Positions 1-14,985 are shown, numbered from the stretch's first letter. The stretch: 64,000 bases of DNA from Cetorhinus maximus (GCF_964194155.1 NC_135905.1:15066001-15130000), one strand, 5' to 3'. Numbers and translations are program-made. The notes: a model not told the origin generated them from the letters alone.

Positions 1-360
1 GGATCACCATAAAAATGGAGAGAAATTACCAGGAGAGTCTAACATGGGTTCTCAGCATGCAATGTGCAGAGCAGCACTTGTGTACTGTGAACAAATTCTG
101 CCTCAGCCCTCTCTAACACAGCTAGAGAGGAATAAGAGGGAGATTACCCAAAATGTTAAAAGAAATTGAAGCTTACATATTAGAATCACGCTTTTTGCCC
201 AAATAAATTTTTAAAAGAGGAGTAAAACAACAGAGGAATGATTATTACATTAATTCAATTTCTATACCTCTTTAATAGCAAATAGTAAGTGAAGACAATA
301 GCAGAAAAAAACAAAATCGAATATTAAAAGCATTATGGGAATGATAATTGAACAGAAAAG

Positions 361-526
361 GCAAAGTACTATGGATGCTGGAAATCTGAAATAAAAACCT
401 GCTGGAAACACTCAGCAGGTCTGGCAGCATGTGTGGAGAGAGAAACATGAAGAATGGTCACAGATCTGGAAAGTTAAATCTGTTTCTCGCTCCACAGATG
501 CTGCCTGACCTGCTGAGTATTTCCAG
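361..526. mobile_element. Short Penelope-like repeat with internal inverted repeat
   Basis: ctcagcaggtctggcagcatgtgtggagagagaaaca (~411-447) is inverted at ~481-526; related copies near 21050, 21150, 32030, 38025, 58760 and 60535. Confidence 0.6.
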
Positions 527-699
527 AAAATTGCCCGAAAAGCTTCAGAGGAGCAGATCAACACATATTTGGGCTACAGAAATAGTTCCTCTGGTTTGAA
601 GAGGTAGCTGTATCCCAGTGTCTATATGTATATACTCTACTCATTAGTAGTGAAGTACTTTAAAAGTATAAAATAAAATCATATTAACTGAATACTTAC

Positions 700-1277
700 C
701 TATCCAGGAATATATCTGGTAGGGGTGGATAAGTTTGCATGTCAGGCACACGTTCATGAACTACTACCATGACAATCGATGTAAACCCAAAGACTACAAA
801 TACATAAACAGAGCTCAGAGCTGTCTTCCAAAACTCTGGGTCAAGCCTTCGTGTTTGATATTTGTAGTGTTTACCATTCTGATATTGTTCAGTTCTCAAG
901 TCTCCACTAGAGCCACCACTGTCCCTGGAATGATCCACACCATTACACTGACAGTCTTTGCTTTGTGATGAATTACCAGCATGTGCAAAAGTACCAGCAA
1001 GGAATTCGTCACTGGCATAGCCCATCTCCACCAAGATATCCTTATGCTGCTTTTGTAGCTTCCGAATGGACACCATAAGCCTTTTAATATCACCCAACAC
1101 TTTCAGTTCTAAAGGTGGGCAACGTAAATCATATTCAGTCAAAGTTAACAAGGCAATACCATCCAGTCTGTGCTTATTACATAGAAGATCAACATATTCA
1201 CTGAAGCCTTCTTCCTTTAGCCACTTGGCGACGTGCTTGCTGGTCCAACGTCTGATATTAAACTGGCTCCCCGTCAT
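700..1277 (-). CDS. SAMD8: Sphingomyelin synthase-related protein 1 (SMSr), first coding exon: SAM domain and first TM segment; gene continues past the left edge
   Basis: Translation [41 protein letters not shown] (SAM) and [20 protein letters not shown] matches SAMD8. Acceptor ttttgcag|CTGAAACATG (exon starts 1284); donor GATAG|gtaagt at 700/699, phase 2. Confidence 0.96.
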
Positions 1278-2529
1278 GTTTCAGCTGCAAAATAAAAAAC
1301 ACAAAATGTCGAATAACTGGGTGGAAATACATATTTCATTATTTGGCAGAATATCTGATAGTGTGAAAATAATTTTTACTATGTATTAGGGAATGTTTCT
1401 AAGAATAAAGATTCCTCACTTTACTTGGGCAATTCAACGCAAGATATTGTCTGCCCCAGGAGGCCTTCTACACCATTTGAAGTGAGAATGCCCTTTAATA
1501 TAAATGGAAATAACTCCAGATACCAATCTTTAGTTCATGAAACACAGGCTAATAATAATGGCCTGCACTGCAGTCTCAGAATGAAAGAATTCTGTCTTTT
1601 CTTGCTCAAATTTTAATGCAGGCTTCAAAGTTATTGATGCAGATATCCCTCATAAAGCTGAGTCCATAGGTAAATAGATTCATTACCTTTCTGAAATGTT
1701 TTGAATCCAAGACCATGGTTTCATTAGAATTGGTACAACCACTCCCATTACACAAAAAAGATGAATTTAACGAGATGTGACTGTACTTCACTGAAAATTT
1801 GATATTTTTTTGGAAGTCACCTTTAGACTTAATCATTTTGCAAGAAACACAATTGAGCTGCAAGTGGTTTATTCGCACAAAAATATCCCAATTGACCAAG
1901 TGGGTAATCATGTTGAAGGTAAATGATGAAACCCTGCCCCTCAATACATTGCACAAGAAAAAAAAACTCTGATGTCAACCTCTTGCTTTCTCTGCCCTTT
2001 GTGACTCATGCCTTCAACCCAACCCTGCACAATGAGCAAGCTGCTCCTCAAATATAAAACGTACAATAAAACCTAGCAAACACAAGCATCTGAAATATTG
2101 TTACCAATGTCAAATAAATATCTTGATCAAGAATTTCATTAAGAACTCAGTGTTATCCTGTGACCATTGGGGATGTAAAAGAGAATGAGTAGTTCTCCTC
2201 AGACCATTAAATGTGTTCCAGAACATTAAGGAGATAATCTACACCAGGGAAGAAAGCAGAGCCAAATCAGTAACATCAAACTGTAACTAATGTTCTTCCT
2301 GAAAAACAGAAGATGCTGAGATCACCAATACAAGTCAAGCTACGAACACAGCCATACAACATTTACAGTAATGCTGCTGGAAAAACTAATTATTTACCTT
2401 TGTTCCCATCCTACATATCCAACTCAAAGAGACTAATTTACTCTCCACTTTTCAAGAGTGAAAAAAGATACACCATTTAATGGTCAGACAATATAATTAT
2501 GAAACTCTCCCAAAACTTGTCCTCAATTT

Positions 2530-3535
2530 ATCACCCTCCCCCTCAGCCTCGACACTGAGTGACTTCTATTTCTTGGCAATTTTAATCTCCATCTCAGATC
2601 TTTTTGCAATCTACCCACTGAACTCACTACCTCCTTTTCTTCCCTAAATCTCTCCTATATAAACTCTCCTACCCATATTCACCATCACCCCCTAACCTTG
2701 TCATCTTCTGTGGCATCTCTGCTCCCACTGTACCTATTATAGAAAAGGCCATATTTGGCTACTTTTGTATTTTTCACCGCCCACAGTACCCTTGCCCCCT
2801 TCCAATTAACACTTCCAGTGAAGCAAAATGTTTGCAACTTCATAGTCCTGTTCAAGCACAAGCTGAGGTTCTGACCCCTTTTCCTGCTCAGCAAAAAGAC
2901 TGCCCACTTCCACCACCCACCAACCTCTACCCTTACCTCAACCCACCTGCAGCCTAAACACTCAGCCATGCATTTATCACATTCAAACTCAATTGTTCCA
3001 ATGCTCTCTTGACCAGACTCCCAACCTCCACCCTCCATAAACATCAGCTCATCCAAAATTTTGCTGCCCATACCCCATCCCATCTAGCACCAAGTCTCAC
3101 TCAGCTAGCACCAAGTCTCACTCAGCCATCACCCCCATCCTTGCTGATTGGAGATGTTGGAGAACCAGGAACCAATTTAAAATTCTGATCTTCATGCTTA
3201 AATCCTTTTATGGCTTTGCCTCTCTCAATCTCCAACTTCTTCTAGCCCTGTTCTACTCTGAATGCATGTGCAACCCTCCACCCCCTGCCTTTTGCCCCAA
3301 CATTTGCAGTCATGCCTTTAGCCATCTAGAATCTGTATTTTGGAACTACCTGACTAAACTCATCCTCTACTCTCTCCTTCAAAACATTTCTTAAAAGCTA
3401 CACCTCTCAAGCGTTTGGCAACCATGCCTGCATTAACCCAGCATCCATTTACTTCAGACTAGGCATCTGAAGCACCTTAAAACATTTTTCAATATTATAG
3501 GGGCTATATAGCTGTAAATACAAATTATTGCTGTT
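2530..3535 (+). mobile_element. Degenerate L2-type LINE 3' fragment
   Basis: C/T-rich L2-like sequence (accaagtctcactcagccatcacccccatccttgctga), with a local 21-bp tandem duplication at 3084-3125. Confidence 0.55.
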
Positions 3536-4812
3536 ATTAAGGATAAAGCAACCATTAATTTAGCCAACACAAACAGAACAGATTTGACAATAACAACAAT
3601 ACAATAGTAGTGTTCAATGTGACATGGTATAAGTTACAGTATTACAATCTTAGTGGGATGCACAAAATATAGAACAAGGGAGGTTAGTATTTTTTGGCTT
3701 ACACATCGCAAGTTAAAAAACACCAATTATCCTCATCAATTTAAGTTTGTATCTACCAAATAATTCAACTGTCATATCAGAACAGATTCAACTTTTGCTG
3801 CAATATACTGAGTTAGCTTTTCTGTTTTTGTGATGTGTTGTTCCTGGGATCTGATTTATGCCTTCAACATGCCATCTGGAATCTTTATCTGATTCAGCTA
3901 GCACCCTGCATCTACTTAAAGACACATTTCTAATAGCTATCATAATCATTAAACACAGTCTGTGAACTTAGTCATGAGCACAGTCTAACTGTTCTGTAGA
4001 GATCTGTCTTCAAAGTTTTTCTGAACTAACATCAACTGAATCTTCAAACAAAACCCAAAAATTTAGGGTAGCTCTTTCCACAATAGTTGTGGCAACATGT
4101 AATCCATGGCTGATATCTTTGGGCAAGAAAATAACTCACCCAGAAGTGTAAAATCTGCCACAGCAGTGAATTTATTGTGATTATGATCCATTCTCATGCT
4201 TGATATACAATGCTTTCTTTTGTAACGTTAGCCGAGTCTCAGGAAAGCAATGCAAGTACACTGCTCTCCCCTGCATCTGCTCAAATAGAGTAGAGGCATT
4301 CTGTGTAAACCAGCTACAAGGCATGTAGTGTAAGGGCAAACTGACTGTTCACACCATTTTCAAACCAGCAGCACACACATTTGTTGCTGATTTGAAGGTA
4401 CTGCATGTTGATATAACTGCAGAGAATTAGGTGGTTGTTGAGTTCATTTGCTAAGAAATGGCAGAGCTGCAACAATGGGGAAGTTCCAGTTTAAAAATAA
4501 AAAGAGCCTTTCAGTCCAGTCTTAAACCTGCCCAGTTTAGATTCCTGCTGGTTGCACAAGACAATCAAATCATTAGTCTGCAACACAAGGGCAATATGAA
4601 AGCAGCTTCCTGGTTCAACAACTCAGTCAGGGCCTTCTACTTATTTGTAGCAGATGAGGCAAGTCTTTAATTTCATTGCTTGAATGCCCAAACTACTTAC
4701 TGGCATTCAATAACTAAGGGCTGAGCATGGATTAAATTGTAAAGCTGTTAAGGCACTCCACAGAATTTTCAATGCAAAAAAAAACTTTTATTTTTACAAC
4801 TAAGTTGCATCG

Positions 4813-6050
4813 ACATACGAACATACAAATTAGGAGGAGTAGGCCACTCAGCCCCTCGAGCATGCTCTGCCATTCAATAAGATCATGGCTGATCTGAACG
4901 TAACTTCAATCCCACATTCCTGCCAGCCCGATAACCTTTCAACCCCCCTGTTAATCAAGAATCTATCTAGCTCTGCCTTACAAATATTCAAAGACTCTGC
5001 TTCCTCTGCCTTTTGAGGAAGAGAGGTCAAAAGACTCTCAGCCCTGTGAGAGAAAAAATTTCTCCTCATTTGTCTTAAATAAGCGACCCCTTATTTTTAA
5101 ACTGTGAGCCCTAGTTCTAGATTCTCCCACAAGAGGAAACATCTTCTCCACATCCACCCTGTCAAGGCCCCTCAAGATCTTAAAGGTTTCAATTAAGTCG
5201 CTTTACTCTTTGAAATTCCAGTGGATACAAGCCTAACCTGTCCAGCCTTTTCTCATAAGACAACCTGCCCATTCCTGGTATTAGTCTAGTAAACCTTCTC
5301 TGAACTGCTTCTAATGCATTTACATCTTTCTTTAAATAAGGAGACCAGTACTGTACACAATACTCCAGATGTAGTCTCACCAATGCCCTGTGCAACTGAA
5401 GCATAACCTCCCTACTTTTGTAATTGATTCCCCTCACAATAAATGATAACATTCTATTAGCTTTCCTAATTACTTGCTGTACCTGCATACTAACTTTTTG
5501 CGATTCATGCACGAGGACACCCAGATCCCTCTGTATCACAGAGCTCTGCAATCTCTGACCACTTATATAATAGGCTTCTTTTTTATTCTTCCTGCCAAAA
5601 TGAACAATTTCACATTTGCTCACATTATACTCAATTTGCCAGATCTTTGCCCAATCACTTAACCTATCTATGTCACTTTGTAGCCCCCTCACATCCTCTT
5701 CACAATTTACTTTCCTACCTATATTTGTGTCATCAGCAAATTTAGCCACCGTTCCCTCAGTCCCTTCATCCAAGTCATTTATCTGAATTGTAAAAAGTTG
5801 AGGCCTCAGCACTGATCCCTGTGGCACACCACTCGTCACATCCTGCCAAGCAGAAAAAGACCCAGTTATGCCAACTCTCTGCTTCCTGTTAGCTAGCCAA
5901 TCTTCTATCCATGCCAATGTGTTACCCCCCACAACATGAGCTTTTCTTTTCTGCAATAACCTTTGATATAGCACTTTATCAAATGCCTCCTGGAAATCTA
6001 AGTACAGTACATCCACCAGTTCCCCTTTATCCACAGCACATGTGACTCCT
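4813..6050 (-). mobile_element. CR1 LINE, 5'-truncated (RT C-terminal half and 3' UTR)
   Basis: ORF 5189-6034: YLDFQEAFDKV, GVPQGSVL, KFADDT, LEYCVQYWSPY; short-repeat tail near 4815. Confidence 0.92.
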
Positions 6051-7269
6051 ACATCCTGACATCCTACATTACATAGGTGCTGTAATGCTGTTCTCCTCGT
6101 AGCGCTAATTGTCCTCAGTGAAATTATATAACATTTGCTACCTTGGTTTTAGAAAGTACTCGTCTACCGTTTAATAAAAACTTTGATATTTCCTCCTGAA
6201 TGTTTTGACCTCATTAGGATCCACTCAACAGGCAACTGACACTTCTTCAGTTCTATCTCATTGCATTATCGAACTAATTTCTATACAGTCTACTCTTGAC
6301 TGAATGTTTCAGTCAATTGTGGCACAAGTTACTCCTCCACAGCTTTTGTTTTTCTCTTCTACTCCCTTCACTTCTATCTCTGTTACTCCTCCTTCAGTCA
6401 GTTTACTTTCCCCTCTATGCCACAACTCAAAGTGGAAGACAATTGGTTTAACTGACACTTTTGAAGGAATCGTGAAGGAACAAGATTTCTACGTTGCATT
6501 AATCAGATGAAAATTGGAATCTGTGATAACCCTAAAAACTACAGTAATATCCTGACATTCCTAATTTAATACATGCTGCAATTGTAAAATGTGAACAAGG
6601 AGTGCAGAATTGATAAGGAAATGGGCATTTTCTAATGAAAATAAAGATGAGAAACACAAAGATTAATAAAAGACAACGGAGGCATTACAGACCATTACAG
6701 AAATTTAAGTATAACAAGTGGCAACTTCAGAATTCTAACCAAAATGATTCCTGCCGACTTGCTGCTGATGGCAATACTTACCAAAGCAGAGTACTGCATC
6801 TTTTCTAGTCAAACTGCTTCCCACAGCGATTTATTTTTATAATGTAGTGACTGTTATTAGGCAAAGGCACGGAGATGAATGACCTGTCAGTCTGTTTGCG
6901 TTTGGTGATATTTGTCGTAAGAGGAATAATGAACAGAAAACCAGAACATCTGCTATTCTTGACAGTGCCATGGGTGGTTTCAGCATGCCATCAATAGCTC
7001 TGAAAAGACAGGGAACTGAATTAGGTATGATAAGACCTGGCTAAACACCAGGAGTTCCAGATTGCATCACTCCAGAGCAAAACATCATACATAGAACAGA
7101 GATTTGTGTGCGCATATGGATACAGGATTCGAAATACCTTGTACAGTTTGGTGCTGAATAACGTATACCAAACAGCTGAAATAACAGGAGTGGATAAAGC
7201 CAAAAACATTGACAAACGCAAAAAAAAATGCACTTCTAAACTGATGCTGAGAAACCAAAAGTATTGTCT

Positions 7270-7625
7270 AAACACAAGTTCTTTAATGTAGAAGAAACAC
7301 ATCCCAAGGCACTTCATAAAGCGTAATCAGGCAAAACTGGATATCAAGCCAAAGGAGGTGGTGACTAAATTCTTGGACCAAGAGGTGGTCTTTTAGGAGG
7401 GTTAACGTAGAGATGAGAAATAAGTGGGCTCAAAACACAGATCCTTAAGGGACTCTGGAGGTAACAGTGCAGGGGCAAGAAGAGACTCATCACTAGAGAT
7501 GCTCTGGCAATGATTGGATAGGCAAGTTTGGAATGAAGCAAGGCCACTCCTACACAGCTGCACAATGGAGGGTAGGTATTGGAAGGGAATGGTGTGGTCA
7601 ACTGCATCAAAGGTTACAGAGGATG
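7270..7625 (-). mobile_element. L2-type LINE RT fragment
   Basis: Minus-strand translation FDAVDHTI resembles the L2 RT motif AFDTVDH; degenerate. Confidence 0.5.
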
Positions 7626-7689
7626 TCATTTAAAGCTTTGATTCAGGATTTTTCAGAGCTGTAGCAGGGGCACAAATCTGGTCACAGAG

Positions 7690-8160
7690 ATTAATTTGTG
7701 ATTTATACACTTGCCCCAACGTGGGTCAGGTAAAAGCTTCCATTTTCCCCAGTAATGGTGCTCCATGAATCGAAACCCATTTCTCCAACAACAATCTGAG
7801 TCATGCCTTCAACTCTCTGATCTTATTTCCCCTAGGCCAATTTGCTTGTGGCTCATATAATAATCCCGAGATTATCATCTTTGTGGTTCTGCTTTTTAAT
7901 TTTGTCCCTAGCTGGTCATACTCTCTCAGCAGAACCTTTCTTAGCCCTATCTTTATCGTTTTACATGGGCCATGACAACTGGATCCTTCCCCTCCCACTC
8001 TAGGTTCTCCTGAGGAGATGTCCTTAACCCTGGCACCAGGCAGGCAATGCCGCCTTCAGGACTCACACTCCTGGTTACAGAAAAAAGCATCTTTCCCCCT
8101 AACTATACTGTCTCTGACTACAGGTACATTCCTTTTTGCTCCCCCCACTTGAATGGCTGC
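7690..8160 (-). mobile_element. CR1 ORF1 (esterase-like) fragment
   Basis: LLREYDQLGTKLKSRTTKMIISGLL parallels LKADFSELGWKLKSRTSRAII in the CR1 ORF1 at about 26.0 kb. Confidence 0.7.
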
Positions 8161-10089
8161 CTGACTTACTGCAGAAGTGCTTGCCATGGATCAGACAGGT
8201 GTCCATCACCTCTGATATGCTACAGCTGCAACACATTACCTCCCCTCCATCTTTAATTTGTTTTTATTGAACTAATTAGGTTTCAATTTTAGGAGAATGA
8301 TTATGCAGAGTTATTATGCAGAGTAATGCTATAAATTTAGTATAATACTTATATTTCCCCAGTACCAGTTTAAAGTACTGCCCTTTTTTAGAGGGGGAAA
8401 AACTTAAAACTCATCAACAGTCACAGATTGCAACTTCTTTCGAGTACAATCACAGTTTCTTGGTTTCCGGGAGTGGGACATGAACCCACAACCCTCTGAT
8501 TCAAAGGCGAGGGTGCTATGAACTGAGCCACAGCTGACACCTCCCAAAACTTAAAACTCATCATTCGCCTACCTATACAACTAATTAATGCCTCCGGGCC
8601 GCAGCTCTCGCTGTCTCTGGCTGCCCCTCTTGGGCTACTCCTTTTTGTGAAGGCTAGATCAGCACCTCCTTTCTCACTGCGCTAAATTCCCTCACTTACC
8701 AACTTCCCAGCTAAGCACCTGGTCTCCACTGCCACCTTCATGCAACTTACTTTGTGCATCTGCGAAACCTCCTGTATTTATATTAGTTCCAATTCCAGTG
8801 AGCTGAGTTAGCCACTGCTGGCTAGGAAACCAGTGCAAACTAGGTACCTAATTAACGGACCACAGCTGTCTCTAGCAATGACCTTGTTTAACACCAAAAA
8901 AAACCTACAATTTACTGAATGCGAAATGCAAATCTAGTATTTTGACCAGATTTTAAAAGAGATCAACCCTTAAAACTTATCAAATTCCCGGATTTAAGCA
9001 CTCAGTCTCCACTGCCACCTTTGTGCAGCTTACTCTGGTTCTCAATCCTTCCACCAATGGGAACAATTTCTACCTATCTACTCTGACCAGATCCTTCATG
9101 GTTTGAATACCTCTATCAAATCTCCTCTCAACCTTCTCTTAGACTGGAGAACAACTCCTGCTTCTCCAATCTATCTACATAACTGAGGTCCCTCACCAGG
9201 AAAGAGGACGAAGGAAACTAGAGAAAGTCAAAGGCTTAAGGTTAGCGAGGAGATATATACCATCCTTAGTGAACAAGGGTGGCAGAGTTGCAGCAGAGGC
9301 AATGAACAGATGGTCTCAATCTTGGTGACCAAAAAAAAAGTCCACAAGCTCTTTGCATGCAAAGGTGGTGGGACAAGCATATGTTTGGTAGATGTATGGA
9401 GAAAAGAGGTCAGGGGCTATCCTTACTCTCCAGGATGATCCTGGAGTAGTGACTGAATTTGGCAGGGAACAGCAATGCTAGAACTTGCTTGATGTGGCCA
9501 AAATCAATACCCATGACCTACAAGCACTGTTATCATTATGAGAAACCCTCAGAATTCCCCCAGTAATTAGGAAGAACTTGGTAGGGCCAGTACAACAAAG
9601 GCATACATGAGGTAAAAGTCACTTACCTGAACTTGTCAGGTTTCACTGATAACATACTGTTGGCACAAGATGTGCAGGATTCTTATCACTATAAATCACT
9701 TTTAAAAAGCTGAACCAGCAATCTGGCAGCAGCCCTTGCTATTGACTATAATTTTTAAAAGTTACAATAAAAACACTCCTAATTAGCTCCATTCTTTGTG
9801 ATTTCTGAACCTGTAGCTCAACATCTACCATGTTGGCACTGTTATCCAAAGTCTGCCTACTTCGAACCCGGACCTTGTATTCAGGATTTCACAATACAAA
9901 GTTGGGTTAAATTTGTACAATGACCCATAACTGGTGAATATTTCAGGCTTTATCAGTAAATATTTTCTAATTACAGAGTTATCGTAACTTTCCAAACCAT
10001 ATATAAGTCTCTCACACTTTGTGCACAGTAAGAACTTTAACCCCTACAAATATTTAATGGCTGCAATTGAGTGATAATAACAGATCATC

Positions 10090-10730
10090 AGAAATAGGAG
10101 CAACTGTAGGTTTGCCAGCCCTTTGAGCCTGCTCCACCATACAATAAGGTCATGACTGATCTGATTGTGGTCTTAACTCCACTTTCCTGCAAACCATAAC
10201 CCTCCACTCCCTGTAGATGAAAAATCTGTCCAACTAATATATTCGATGACCCCGAACTCCACTACTCTCTGGGGAAGAGCGTTCCAAAGACTAATGGCCC
10301 TCTGCGAGAAGAAATTCCTCCTTATCTCAATCTCAATTAGATGACCCCTAGTTCTAGATTCCCAGAAACATCCTCTCAGCGTCTACCCTGTCAAGCCCTC
10401 TCAGAATCTTATATATTTCAATAAGATCATCTCTCATTCTTCTAAACTCCAGTAAGTATAGGCCCAACCTACTCAACCTTTCCTCATAAGACAACCTCTT
10501 AATCCCAGGAATTAGCCTAGTGAACCTTCTCTGAACTGCTTCCTATGCATGTATATCCCTCCATAAGTAAGGAGACCAAAAAGTACTCTAGGTGTGATTT
10601 CACCAATGTCCTGTACAGTTGTAGCAAGGCTTTCTTATTTTTACCCCATCCCCCTTGCAATAAAGGCTGACATTCCATTTTCCTTCCCAATTATTTATTG
10701 TATCTGTATGATTTTTTTTTGTGATTCAGA
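10090..10730 (-). mobile_element. CR1 LINE 3' fragment
   Basis: Closely similar to the 4820-5500 CR1 3' sequence (ctagttctagatt.., gtgaaccttctctgaactgcttc). Confidence 0.85.
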
Positions 10731-11999
10731 GAGTAATGGCATATTATTAATATGCCAAATAACAAAACTAGGACGCCCATCTATGGATAAAACAGCTGTG
10801 TTTCATTGTTTTAAAGGACATGCCTTTTAAAAACGTTACCTTGATGTTTTGCCATTTCCAATCTCTTCTCACCTACACTGTCTCATACTACGACCAGTAG
10901 GTTCCGACAGAGTTCAGGATACATACTGCTCCACCACTACAATTAGCAAACAAAAAGTATACTGTACAGGACTTTTCTCCTCTCTTTCACTCTCAAAATG
11001 TGAAGCATTTCATGACAGCTCAAGTAATCTGCAGCAATATTTGGCCAATGGTCTCAAAAACTCAACCTCTGGATGTCAGTTCAGGCAAGATTTAAACTCT
11101 AGGTCAGAGCAGTGTTTGTTCTTTCAGCAGAGGGCCCAGATCGACCTACTGGATTGTAACAATTTTCATTGAATAGAGTGATAAAATACAACTGTACAAT
11201 GTTGATTAAGGTCAATGAACACAAGTCACTTTAACCAAACATTTACTGCAAGCACTGGGAAATATTCAGAATGCAGGACTCATTCTTCAGCAAAAACCAG
11301 ATGGACTCAGCTTCACATCTCTCGTCTCATACACAGAACACCCAAGGCTATATCGGCTTTTCCAGCAGAACCATCCGCAACTTCCTCCAACCCCGTGACT
11401 GAGCTCACACCTTCTGCTCCACTAATTCTGTAACAATTATGGATGGACCTTGAAAACAGATAAGAATATCAGTCTCTCGTCACAATTATCTTAGGGAAAA
11501 ATGGATGCAATCAATCCAAGAAGGAGCTCACTGCAACTTAATTAACTCCAAACATCTGCTTGATGTTAGTGTAGTTCCAAAGCCATAAAAAAATCTTCAA
11601 CTAGATAAATGCATCCAGCTTTTAAATTTCTGGAAGGTGTCCTCAAGTTCAGTTAGTAAAATTTTGCTATTCCAAAAGTGCAATGTCCACATTCATCAAG
11701 ATTTTGAGAAACAAGCACATTCCTGCAGGAGTTAGAATTTGCTTGAGATAAATTAGCTAACCACCTCGGAACAAACATCAGGAGTATGAATACTGCAAAT
11801 TTGCACTAGCATTGTTTCACTCCACATACTAAAAGCCTGAACTATGTGGCAACACATTTTATTTGCTCTGGCATTAATAGAGGCAAGGTATTTCCCTCTC
11901 TATTTGTGGATCCTCGATGACTTGGTGAAAGTGTGCACAGCTTAGTCACAATATCGATAAAAAGGAAGCGCAGTGGAAGAGGGAAAAGTTTATTTCAAT

Positions 12000-14985
12000 A
12001 TCTATGACTATTTAGAGAAAAGGATGAGGCCAAGCGGTAAAAAGATGTATGAGTGGCATGGAAGAAAATTCACAAAGTGACAACATGGCGGTAAGTTACA
12101 GGTAAATATTTATAGTAAATCCACCGATGACTTAAACTACATTGAGTAGTTATTTAAAAATCTAAAAATTTAAGCCTAGTTGATCAAATACATGAAATTT
12201 AATTAACTAAATAAATAAAACAAGGTTAGATAGGGATGGCAGTGCAGGCGATGTGCCACAAATGCAGCATGAGTGAGTTTGTAAACAGCAGCATGATCCC
12301 AGAGAACTACATCCGCAGTAAGGATCTGTATCCCAAGGAACTTCAGCTCAGATCTGTCAAGCTAAACTCCAAGGTGCAGTGTGCAGGGCAGCAAAGAAGG
12401 GGACAGTTACCTGGTTACATTGAGTCAGGAGCCAGCCAGCCACACCCCTTGGGTTACATGCTGGTGGAGGTCAGGTTAGTGATCGGGGACATTAGGTGTA
12501 ACTAAGGGAACCTCAGGAAACTGTTGGATAGCCTTGGCATTTGCCCTTATTCAACAGGTACAAGGTTCTTGCCGCCTTCGTGGATTAGGGCAAAGTCTGC
12601 ATGGTGCATGAGAAAACTGGCCACGGAGAACTAGAGGCCATATAAGTGGAAGCAGTGAAAAGGAATTTGATATGGTGAGGCACATCACAGTCAGGGGAAT
12701 AGATACGGTGCTCTGCAGCCACAACTAGGAGTTTCGAAGGTGGTGTTGCCTGCCCGGTGCCAGCATCAAGAACGTTACCTCACGGTTGGAGAAAAATTTG
12801 GAGTGGGAGGGGATGGAGGCAGTTCTCATGTCCTATGTAGAAACCAATGACATGGGTAGGACTTGGCTTGGGGTTTTGCTGAGAATTTGAGCAGCTAGGG
12901 TTGAAATTAAAATAAATAACCTCACAGGTAATCATCTCTGGATTGTTGCCCAAACCACGTGCAAAGTGACCTAGGGTTAAAGATTAATGTGGCTGAAAGA
13001 GTTGTGTGGGAGGCAGAGGTTTCAATTCCTGGTGCACTGAGCGCAGTCTTGGGGTAGGACTGTTCTGCTGGGATGGGCTCCACTTAAACCAGGATGGGAA
13101 CAATGTCCTGGTGAATCAAATAACTAGATAAACTAATGAAGGGGTAGGGGCAAGGAAATCAGGAAAGGAGAAATTCAAAGTTGGTGAGAGAAATGTCAAG
13201 GCTACAGAACACACTAACAACTTTGGTAAAAATAAGCAGAGTGGGTCAGGAAGCGTAACAAAGGTAATAGAGCATTAGTGTCTAAGGTGACATCGAAGGA
13301 AATTAGAAAAAAGTTAAAGCTAAAACAACTATACATGAATGCAAGATGCACTCAACAAAATAGATAAATTAAGAGCACAATAAAAATAAATATGTTTGTT
13401 CTAAAAGTCATTCTGGAGATATCACTGCAGAACGACTATGGCTCGGAGCTAAATATTCCAAGATGCTTGATTTTTAGAAGAGATAGGAGTGGGGAGGGTA
13501 GCCCTGATAATAAAGGATGGGTTAAAAACAGTAGAGAAGGCATCTTACCGTGGTAAATCAAGATGTAGAATCAATTTGGGTGAAGTTAAAAAACGAGGGG
13601 CTGAAAGCACTCGTGGAAGTAGTCTATAGGATCCCAAAAGTAACTTTAGTGTCAGGCAACTTATAAATCAGAAAATTAGAGATACATACATCAAGTGTAA
13701 TACAGTAAACATGGAGGACTTTAATCTTCGTATCAACTGGGCAAACCAAATTTTCAGCAATAGCGTGAATTACAATTATGAAATGAATTCAAAATAATTT
13801 TCTAGATGAGTACATCAGGGAACCAACTAGAGAAAAGGGTATTTTAGATCTAGTATTGTGCATTACTGGAGGGGATTAATTACATTTATAACCTAGAAAT
13901 AAAGAAACCTCTGAAGAAGAGTGATCATAACATGATAGAAATGTATATCAAGACAGAGATGGATTTAACCAAGTCCGAAACGAAGGTAAACTATGTAGGT
14001 ATGGGGCAGGAGTTAGTTATGGTAGATTGGGAAGCTAGATTAAAAGATACAATGATAGATAAGCAATGGCAAATATTTAAAGAAATAATTCAATGAACCT
14101 ACATTCCATTAAAGAATAAAAACCCTCATTGAAAAAAGCTGTCAAACTATAGCCAAGGGAAGTTAAAGAGTAGTAAGCTTGAGGATTCAGGGAATTTGGG
14201 AATTTAACAAAGCATGACCAAGAAATCGATAGACAGGAATGAAATAGGTGAAAGTAAACTAGCAAGAGACACAAAAAAGATTGTAATAGCTTCTATGGTA
14301 AGTAAAAAGTAACAGATCAGCAGAAGTAAACATGTCCCTTATAGGGAGAAACAAAATAATTTATAATGGGAATAATGGCTGAGACATTAAACTAATACTT
14401 TGTATCTGTCTTCACAGTGAAAATCCAAATACTTATTGTACAGCCATTAATTCCCCTTTATCCTGCTGGTTACAACATCAAATCCCTCAAACATTTAAAC
14501 ATTCTAGGAAAAGTGGGGCCAAGGGTTGTGTGAGAATGAGGAATTTAAAGAAATTAGTACTAGTGCAAGAATAGTGCTGGAGAAATTAATGGAACTAAAA
14601 CCCAACAAATCCACTGGACCTGATGGCCTACATCCTAGAGTTTTAAAAGAGGTGGCTTCAGAGAAGGTGGATACATTCTTCATGAATTCCCTAGATTTTA
14701 TAACGGACCCCGTGGATTTGAAGGTGGCAGGCATAAGAAAGTGGGGAGAGCGCAAATAGGGAACTAACTATAGGCAGTTTGTCTGACATCAGTAGTAGGG
14801 AAAATGCTAGAATCTATTATTAGGGTAACAGGGCACTTACAAAATCACACGTTTAGGCAGACTCAACATTGATTTATGAAAGGAAAATCATGTTTGACAC
14901 ATCTGTTAGAGGGTTTTTCGGGTTGTACCGAGCAGGATAGGTAAAGAGGAACCAGCGTATTTAGATTTTCAAAAAACATTTTAAA
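12000..14985 (+). mobile_element. Old degenerate CR1 LINE: ORF1, endonuclease and start of RT
   Basis: MAVQAMCHKCSMSEF (CxxC ORF1 start), esterase remnants, tacatgaatgcaag (YMNAR), KSTGPDGLHPRVLKEVA, ttagattttcaaaaa (LDFQK); many stops and frameshifts. Confidence 0.82.

Noticed and set aside
2749-2758. Perfect CArG box
   Set aside because: Lies inside an L2 remnant with no supporting context.
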